This document shows positions 54,868 to 64,000 of a DNA stretch of 64,000 bases, piece by piece. Under the pieces are notes generated by a model. That model was not told the origin of the DNA. It saw only the letters and a program-made list of their open reading frames with translations, and did no database searches. Both the position numbers and the translations under genes were made by a program. This stretch comes from Eledone cirrhosa (taxonomy: Eukaryota). Location of the stretch: NCBI GenBank assembly GCA_964016885.1, contig OZ024760.1, forward strand, positions 1,674,001 to 1,738,000, given 5' to 3'. How positions within the stretch are numbered: the first letter of the stretch is position 1; every line of letters starts with the position of its first letter.

Positions 54868-56244
54868 GTGTGTGTGTGTGTGTGTATATATAGGTATATA
54901 TGTGTGTGGGTGTGTGTGTGTATATAGTATATATATATGTATATATGTGTGAGGGTGTGTGACGGTGTTTGTCTATATATAGTATATATATTTAGGTACA
55001 TATATATATATATGTGAGTGAGGGGGTGTGTATGAGGGTGATGTGAGGGTGTGTGTGTATATATAGTATATATATGTAGGTATATATATATATATATGTG
55101 TGTGGGGTGTGTGTATGTGTATATGTGTATATAGCTAAGGGAAAGTCAGAAAATCAACAAGTAGTTGCCTATTCATTCTATACACACACACAAAAGTGTA
55201 TATATAATATATATTTGTATATCTGGATATATAAAAACACCTGCAGTCACAGACACACACACACACGCACACACACACACACTATGTATGTATGTATTTA
55301 AGTATGTATGTATGTATTTATTTATGTATATATGTATGTCAGAAAGTATGTATATATTTATGTATGAATGTATGTATATATGTATGTATAAATATATTTA
55401 TGTATGTATATATGTATGTATAACTATATTTATGTATGAATGTATGTATATATGTATGTATAAATATATTTATGTATGAATGTATGTATATATGTATGTA
55501 TAAATATATTTATGTATGAATGTATGTATATATGTATGTATAAATATATTTATGTATGAATGTATGTATATATGTATGTATAAATATATTTATGTAAGTA
55601 TGTATGTATGCATGAATGTATGTATATATGAATGTATGTATAGATATGAATGTATGAATATATATGAATGTATGTATATATGTATGTGTTTAAGCATGTA
55701 TGTATCTATATGTGTATGTCTCTATATGTCTATGTATATATGTATGTATGAATGTATGAATATATGTATGTATGTATTTATGTATGTGTTTAAGCATGTA
55801 TGTATGTGTATGTGTATGTATGTATGTGTATGTGTATGTATGTATGTATGTATGTACATATGTATGTGTTTAAGCATGTATGTATATATATATGTATATA
55901 TGTATGTATATATGTATGTATTTAAGTATGTATGTATGCATGTATGTATGCACGAATGTATATGTATGTATATATGTATATATGTATATATGTATGTATA
56001 CATGTACATATATAATATGCATACACACACACAGTATATTTAGGGGAAGCTCCAAAGTTACAGGCCACTGATTCTTCCTCAATAAATTACTAATCTCTAC
56101 TATGGCATTGAGTACGCATGCTAAAAAAAAATATATATATATGTAGTGTGTGTATATGTATATATATGTGTATACATCCATTTTTCCAGACTCACGTGGG
56201 TTGGACAATATATATAAATAATTTATGGCTATATATATATACAT

Positions 56245-56295
<51 letters not shown>

Positions 56296-56505
56296 TATAT
56301 GCATACATACATACATATATATATTTAAATAAATCTAAGGTAAAAGACTAATTGTCAACAATATCTTTTGCATTTGCATTTTTATTCTATGTCCATACCT
56401 GCATTGTTTGGCTTTACAAATTCAAACGTTTATACCTCATTACACAATACTTCAAGTGAACTATAACTTCCTCCTATACATATATATATATATATATATA
56501 TACGT

Positions 56506-56572
<67 letters not shown>

Positions 56573-56650
56573 AATAAATGTGAAGACTAAAATCCAAAGA
56601 GGGCTCGATACGGATATATATATATCAAATATATAAGAACCATACAGCAA

Positions 56651-56938
56651 ATATTTATTAAAATAACAGATTAAAGTTTAAGCAAAGAATCGCTGCTTTC
56701 ACCCTTAACGGGATCTTCTGAATGTGGTTTTGTCTTTGCTTCGTTTTTTTTTTTCGTTCTTTGCCAGAGAACGTTTCCACAAACCAAAGTATCGTCTCCC
56801 TGTCTTCCTCCGGTTGCAATGTTTTTCGAAATATTTACTTCTGCATTCACAGATTGATATTTTTAGTTTCAGAAGATCCAGTTAAGGGTGAAAGCAGCGA
56901 TTCTTTGCTTAAACTTTAATCTGTTATTTTAATAAATA
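56651..56938. mobile_element. Inverted-repeat PLE-like remnant (72-bp arms, ~145-bp spacer) in (TA)n
   Basis: Arms at 56651-56722 and 56867-56938, with a hammerhead-like motif and AATAAA. Confidence 0.68.
56865..56915 (+). ncRNA. Type I hammerhead-like motif with full stem III and U4A core
   Basis: AGTTT-CAGAAGA-TCCAGTTAAGGGT-GAAA-GCAG CGATTCT TTGC-TT-AAACT. Confidence 0.62.
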
Positions 56939-56975
56939 TATATATAAATATATAAATATATATATATATATATAA

Positions 56976-57772
56976 TCTATAAAATGCACACAATGCAGAT
57001 CCTGGGTACACAAGAGATGTAGCGGGATAGCAGGCAAACTAACAGGTAGGGAGAAATATGTATGCAGTAGATGTACAGGGAAATTAGACAGTAGAAGTCG
57101 CATTGATAGACACATTTTTTCAAATGCAGGAGGGCGCTATAGAAGTGGTGGATAGCTTCCGGTACCTAGGAGATCAGATTAGCATGGGAGGAGGGTGTTC
57201 CGAGGCCATAGTATCTAGAATAAGGATGGGTTGGAAGAAGTTTAGGGAGCTGCTTCCTCTGTTGACGAAGAAGGGTTTCTCCCTGCGTACGAAAGGTCGG
57301 TTGTATGATGCCTGTGTGAGGAGCGCGATGCTGCAAGGTAGTGAGACATGGGCAGCAACTGCAGAGGATATGCGACGGCTGGAGAGAAATGAGGCAAGCA
57401 TGCTCCGTTGGATGTGCAGTGTAAATGTGCGTGAACGACCCAGCTTAAATGTGTTGAGAGAAACTGTGTCTGAGAGGGATAGAATGTAGTGTACGGGAGA
57501 GGAGACTGAGGTAGTATGGACATGTGATGCGCATGGAGGATGACCGATGGGTGAAGAAGTGCCAGGAAATGCCAGTTGAAGGAAGATGTGGTAGAGGTAG
57601 ACCACGAAAAACATGGGCGGAGGTGGTGAGAACAGACCTTAGATCATTGAAGCTCACGGTGGAGATGACGAGGGACCGTGACGAGTGGAGAGATGCTGTG
57701 CTGAATAAGACCCGTCCCACCCTTGCAAGCAGGGAAAAGCGGACGTAAAATGATGATGATGATGATGATGAT
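56976..57772 (+). mobile_element. 5'-truncated RTE LINE: PHD-like finger, RT thumb and C-terminus, (GAT)n tail
   Basis: SIKCTQCRSWVHKRCSGI..YVCSRC, then EVVDSFRYLGD, GWKKFRELLP, GSETW, YGHVMRM, GRGRPRKTW and DRDEWR. Frameshifted. Confidence 0.93.
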
Positions 57773-58064
57773 AATCCTTCCCCCCACCTATCACACACAT
57801 CAAAAGATTCCTTATAGCAAAACTACCAATCAAAACAACAGCAACTAACCACCATAACTGAATGTAAATCATTACAGACATTTCTAAGTTCTATATCTTC
57901 ATTCTGTCATTACCACGCCAGAGGTCCAACGTGCTTTTGATTCCAGAGTTGGGCCAGATCAATACAGATCGAACCTTGAGCTGATCAATAACGAAACGAG
58001 CATCACTACTCAATAAACGTAATGAAGACATAACAAACCGTCCTTTTATTATTATTATTATTAA

Positions 58065-58485
58065 CGGTCGTGGATTGGCAGTATCGGTAGAGGGTCGGAC
58101 GCCATGCTTTGCAGCTTAGAGTTACGGCCCTTTACGGTCTGAGTTCAAATCCCACCGAGGTTGACTTTGCCTTTCATCCTTACGGGGTCGATAAAATAAA
58201 GTACCAGTAATGCACTGGGATAATTGCTGGCCTTGTGCCTAAAGTAGAAACAATTATTACTATTAAGGGCGGTGAATTGACAGTATCGTTGGAGGGTTGG
58301 ACACCCTGCTTCCCAGCATAGAGTTACGCCCTTTACAATCTGAGTTCAAAACCCGTGGAGGTTAACTTTAACTTTCACCCTTACTGGGTCAATAAAATAA
58401 AGTACCAGTCACGCACTGGGGTCGATTTAATCGACTTTCCCCTCCGCCAAAATTGCTGGCCTTGTGCCTATATAAGAAACAATTA
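58065..58485 (+). mobile_element. Two tandem full-length Nin/Deu-like SINEs
   Basis: Copies at 58065-58255 and 58265-58485. Confidence 0.9.
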
Positions 58486-58845
58486 TTATATATAATATAT
58501 ATAAATACTATATATGTACGTGTATATATATATATATATGGAGAGAGAGAGAGAGAGAGAGTATGAGAGTACTCCTAGCTTGAGTTAATATAAATTTACA
58601 ACCCACCAACATAACTTTAAACCACCACCACCACCACCCTGACCAAATATTCTCCACCTCACCCTCTCTATCTTTGTCTTACCTCCATCCACTCCCCATT
58701 CCTCACACAGCTGCTTCATGATGAAAGGTCTACTGGTGGTTGACATTAAGATACACCCCCAAGAGATTTCTTGATGTACATGTGTATGTGTATTATGCAT
58801 ATTTATATATATATGTATGTGTATATATATATGTGTATATATATA

Positions 58846-58920
<75 letters not shown>

Positions 58921-59197
58921 ATATACACATATATATATATACACATATATATAATATATATGTATATATATATATATATAATATATATATGTATATACAC
59001 ATATATATATATATACACATATATATAATATATATGTATATATATATATATAATATATTATATATGTATATATATATATATATAATATATATTATATATA
59101 TATATAATATATATTATATATATATATGTATATATATATATTATATATATACATATATATGATATATATATAATATATATATGTATGATATATGTAT

Positions 59198-59275
<78 letters not shown>

Positions 59276-59559
59276 AAACAATAACAACAGTAATACTAAT
59301 ACAACTTCTAAAAATAATAGAATATTTTAAAGACTATTTGGAAATGAAGTTGGTGAGTTGGCAGAGTTGTTAAAGTGTTGGTATGAGTTCTGGTTCCTTG
59401 TACTCTGATTACAAAACCTACCGAGGACAACTTCGTCTTCCATCCTCTCAGGGTCAATAAATACCGTCTTCTCCAGGAGAGGTAGTGGTTAGTGGAGTTG
59501 TTAAAGTGTCAAACAGGATGTTTTGAGTCCAAACTCTGCCTCCTTCTGCCATGAGTGTT

Positions 59560-60045
59560 ACTGGTAGATAGTATCAGCAATGGAAAGACCAATGGAAACA
59601 TTGTTTCTTTGGTCCAATCTGATAATTTGAGTCTTTTCTTCTACCAAGAGTTGTGACCAACAGATAATATTAGCAATAGAAAGACCAATGGAAACATTGT
59701 TTTCTTGGTCCAATCTAACAATTGGTTCTTTTCTTCTGCTAGGCGTTGTAACCAGCAGATAATATCAGCAATAGATAGACCAATGAAAATATTGTTTCTT
59801 TGGTCTGATCTGATAATATCTTTTCCTTTCTTCTGCCAAGAGTTGTTATTGGCAGATGGTATCAAAATGGAAAGACCAATGGAAACATTGTTTCCTTGGT
59901 TTCATCTAACAAACAGTTTCTTCTGACAAGAGAGGCAAATGACAGATAGTATCAGCAATGGAAAAACCAATGGAAACATTGTTTCCATGGTCTAATCTGA
60001 CAATTGGTTCTTTTCTTCTGCTATGAGTTGTAACCAGCAGCTAGT
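59560..60045. repeat. Diverged ~90-105-bp precursor repeats of the 65-bp satellite
   Basis: Contain TATCAGCAATGGAAAGACCAATGGAAACATTGTTTC plus extra TTCTTTTCTTCTGC..GAGTTGT sequence. Confidence 0.85.
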
Positions 60046-63000
60046 ATCAGCAATAGAAAGTCCAATGGAAACATAGTTTCCTTGGTTTGATCTGACAATC
60101 TACAGATAGTATCAGCAATAGAAAGTCCAATGGAAACATTGTCTTCTTGGTGTGATCTGACAATCTACAGATAGTATCAGCAATGGAAAGACCAATGGAA
60201 ACATTGTCTCCTTGGTCTGATCTGACAATCTACAGATAGTATCAGCAATGGAAAGACCAATGGAAACATTGTTTCCTTGGTGTGATCTGACAATCTACAG
60301 ATAGTATCAGCAATGGAAAGACCAATGGAAACATTGTTTCCTTGGTCAGATCTGACAATCTACAGATAGTATCAGCAATAGAAAGTCCAATGGAAACATA
60401 GTTTCCTTGGTTTGATCTGACAATCTACAGATAGTATCAGCAATAGAAAGTCCAATGGAAACATTGTCTTCTTGGTGTGATCTGACAATCTACAGATAGT
60501 ATCAGCAATGGAAAGACCAATGGAAACATTGTCTCCTTGGTCTGATCTGACAATCTACAGATAGTATCAGCAATGGAAAGACCAATGGAAACATTGTTTC
60601 CTTGGTGTGATCTGACAATCTACAGATAGTATCAGCAATGGAAAGACCAATGGAAACATTGTTTCCTTGGTCTGATCTGACAATCTACAGATAGTATCAG
60701 CAATGGAAAGTCCAATGGAAACATAGTTTCCTTGGTCTGATCTGACAATCTACAGATAGTATCAGCAATGGAAAGTCCAATGGAAACATAGTTTCCTTGG
60801 TCTGATCTGACAATCTACAGACAGTATCAGCAATGGAAAGTCCAATGGAAACATAGTTTCCTTGGTCTGATCTGACAATCTACAGACAGTATCAGCAATA
60901 GAAAGACCAATGGAAACATTGTTTCCTTGGTCTGATCTGACAATCTACAGATAGTATCAGCAATGGAAAGACCAATGGAAACATTGTTTCCTTGGTCAGA
61001 TCTGACAATCTACAGACAGTATCAGCAATAGAAAGACCAATGGAAACATTGTTTCCTTGGTCTGATCTGACAATCTACAGATAGTATCAGCAATGGAAAG
61101 ACCAATTGAAACATTGTTTCCTTGGTCTGATCTGACAATCTACAGATAGTATCAGCAATGGAAAGACCAATGGAAACATTGTTTCCTTGGTCTGATCTGA
61201 CAATCTACAGACAGTATCAGCAATAGAAAGACCAATGGAAACATTGTTTCCTTGGTCTGATCTGACAATCTACAGATAGTATCAGCAATGGAAAGACCAA
61301 TGGAAACATTGTTTCCTTGGTCAGATCTGACAATCTACAGACAGTATCAGCAATAGAAAGACCAATGGAAACATTGTTTCCTTGGTCTGATCTGACAATC
61401 TACAGATAGTATCAGCAATGGAAAGACCAATGGAAACATTGTTTCCTTGGTCTGATCTGACAATCTACAGATAGTATCAGCAATGGAAAGACCAATGGAA
61501 ACATTGTTTCCTTGGTCTGATCTGACAATCTACAGATAGTATCAGCAATGGAAAGACCAATGGAAACATTGTTTCCTTGGTCTGATCTGACAATCTACAG
61601 ATAGTATCAGCAATGGAAAGACCAATGGAAACATTGTTTTCTTGGTGTGATCTGACAATCTACAGATAGTATCAGCAATGGAAAGACCAATGGAAACATT
61701 GTTTCCTTGGTCTGATCTGACAATCTACAGACAGTATCAGCAATGGAAAGACCAATGGAAACATAGTTTCCTTGGTCTGATCTGACAATCTACAGATAGT
61801 ATCAGCAATGGAAAGACCAATGGAAACATAGTTTCCTTGGTCTGATCTGACAATCTACAGATAGTATCAGCAATGGAAAGACCAATGGAAACATTGTTTC
61901 CTTGGTGTGATCTGACAATCTACAGATAGTATCAGCAATGGAAAGTCCAATGGAAACATAGTTTCCTTGGTCTGATCTGACAATCTACAGATAGTATCAG
62001 CAATGGAAAGACCAATGGAAACATAGTTTCCTTGGTCTGATCTGACAATCTACAGATAGTATCAGCAATGGAAAGACCAATGGAAACATTGTTTCCTTGG
62101 TCTGATCTGACAATCTACAGACAGTATCAGCAATGGAAAGACCAATGGAAACATTGTTTTCTTGGTCTGATCTGACAATCTACAGACAGTATCAGCAATA
62201 GAAAGACCAATGGAAACATTGTTTCCTTTGTCTGATCTGACAATCTACAGATAGTATCAGCAATGGAAAGACCAATGGAAACATTGTTTCCTTGGTCTGA
62301 TCTGACAATCTACAGATAGTATCAGCAATGGAAAGACCAATGGAAACATAGTTTCCTTGGTCTGATCTGACAATCTACAGACAGTATCAGCAATAGAAAG
62401 ACCAATGGAAACATTGTTTCCTTGGTCTGATCTGACAATCTACAGATAGTATCAGCAATGGAAAGACCAATGGAAACATTGTTTCCTTGGTCAGATCTGA
62501 CAATCTACAGACAGTATCAGCAATAGAAAGACCAATGGAAACATTGTTTCCTTGGTCTGATCTGACAATCTACAGACAGTATCAGCAATGGAAAGACCAA
62601 TGGAAACATTGTTTCCTTGGTCAGATCTGACAATCTACAGATAGTATCAGCAATGGAAAGACCAATGGAAACATTGTTTCCTTGGTCTGATCTGACAATC
62701 TACAGATAGTATCAGCAATGGAAAGACCAATGGAAACATTGTTTCCTTGGTCAGATCTGACAATCTACAGATAGTATCAGCAATGGAAAGACCAATGGAA
62801 ACATAGTTTCCTTGGTCTAATCTGACAATCTACAGATAGTATCAGCAATGGAAAGACCAATGGAAACATAGTTTCCTTGGTCTGATCTGACAATCTACAG
62901 ATAGTATCAGCAATGGAAAGACCAATGGAAACATTGTTTCCTTGGTCTGATCTGACAATCTACAGACAGTATCAGCAATGGAAAGACCAATGGAAACATT

Positions 63001-64000
63001 GTTTTCTTGGTCTGATCTGACAATCTACAGACAGTATCAGCAATAGAAAGACCAATGGAAACATTGTTTCCTTTGTCTGATCTGACAATCTACAGATAGT
63101 ATCAGCAATGGAAAGACCAATGGAAACATTGTTTCCTTGGTCTGATCTGACAATCTACAGATAGTATCAGCAATGGAAAGACCAATGGAAACATAGTTTC
63201 CTTGGTCTGATCTGACAATCTACAGACAGTATCAGCAATAGAAAGACCAATGGAAACATTGTTTCCTTGGTCTGATCTGACAATCTACAGATAGTATCAG
63301 CAATGGAAAGACCAATGGAAACATTGTTTCCTTGGTCAGATCTGACAATCTACAGACAGTATCAGCAATAGAAAGACCAATGGAAACATTGTTTCCTTGG
63401 TCTGATCTGACAATCTACAGACAGTATCAGCAATGGAAAGACCAATGGAAACATTGTTTCCTTGGTCAGATCTGACAATCTACAGATAGTATCAGCAATG
63501 GAAAGACCAATGGAAACATTGTTTCCTTGGTCTGATCTGACAATCTACAGATAGTATCAGCAATGGAAAGACCAATGGAAACATTGTTTCCTTGGTCAGA
63601 TCTGACAATCTACAGATAGTATCAGCAATGGAAAGACCAATGGAAACATAGTTTCCTTGGTCTAATCTGACAATCTACAGATAGTATCAGCAATGGAAAG
63701 ACCAATGGAAACATAGTTTCCTTGGTGTGATCTGACAAGCTACAGATAGTATCAGCAATGGAAAGACCAATGGAAACATTGTTTCCTTGGTCAGATCTGA
63801 CAATCTACAGATAGTATCAGCAATGGAAAGACCAATGGAAACATTGTTTCCTTGGTCAGATCTGACAATCTACAGACAGTATCAGCAATAGAAAGACCAA
63901 TGGAAACATTGTTTCCTTGGTCTGATCTGACAATCTACAGATAGTATCAGCAATGGAAAGACCAATGGAAGCATTGTTTCCTTGGTCTGATCTGACAATC
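60042..64000. repeat. 65-bp satellite, ~61 copies, running off the window end
   Basis: ATCAGCAAT recurs at 60111, 60176, 60241 and onward. Each unit has the internal palindrome AGACCAATGGAAACA-T-TGTTTCCTTGGTCT. Confidence 0.98.

Noticed and set aside
60042-64000. 65-bp satellite as a hammerhead-containing satellite (newt or schistosome type)
   Set aside because: GAAA-CATTG-TT is simply the centre of the unit palindrome. Neither strand has a CTGANGA core with a pairing stem I.

Overview
Repeat-saturated, AT-rich eukaryotic DNA, intergenic or deep intronic. The SINE/LINE and microsatellite content suggests a mollusc, most likely an octopus-type cephalopod (inference, not verified). No intact host gene, rRNA, tRNA gene or CRISPR array is supportable, and nearly all long ORFs are artefacts of simple repeats. 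The window holds micro-, mini- and satellite arrays (5, 19, 20, 40, 53, 54, 65, 123, 135 and 197 bp units), tRNA-derived SINEs with Nin/Deu-like and CORE-like domains, several RTE-clade LINE 3' fragments, a decayed Hero/R2-group reverse transcriptase, and Tc1/mariner, pogo-like and TTAA-type MITEs. The strongest hidden signal is at least 7 sequence-unrelated type I hammerhead ribozyme motifs. Four sit in long outward-facing palindromes embedded in (TA)n tracts, the pattern expected of Penelope-like element pseudo-LTR remnants. They include a U3-A8 compensatory core variant and a U4A family with a full stem III. All structures were folded by eye.
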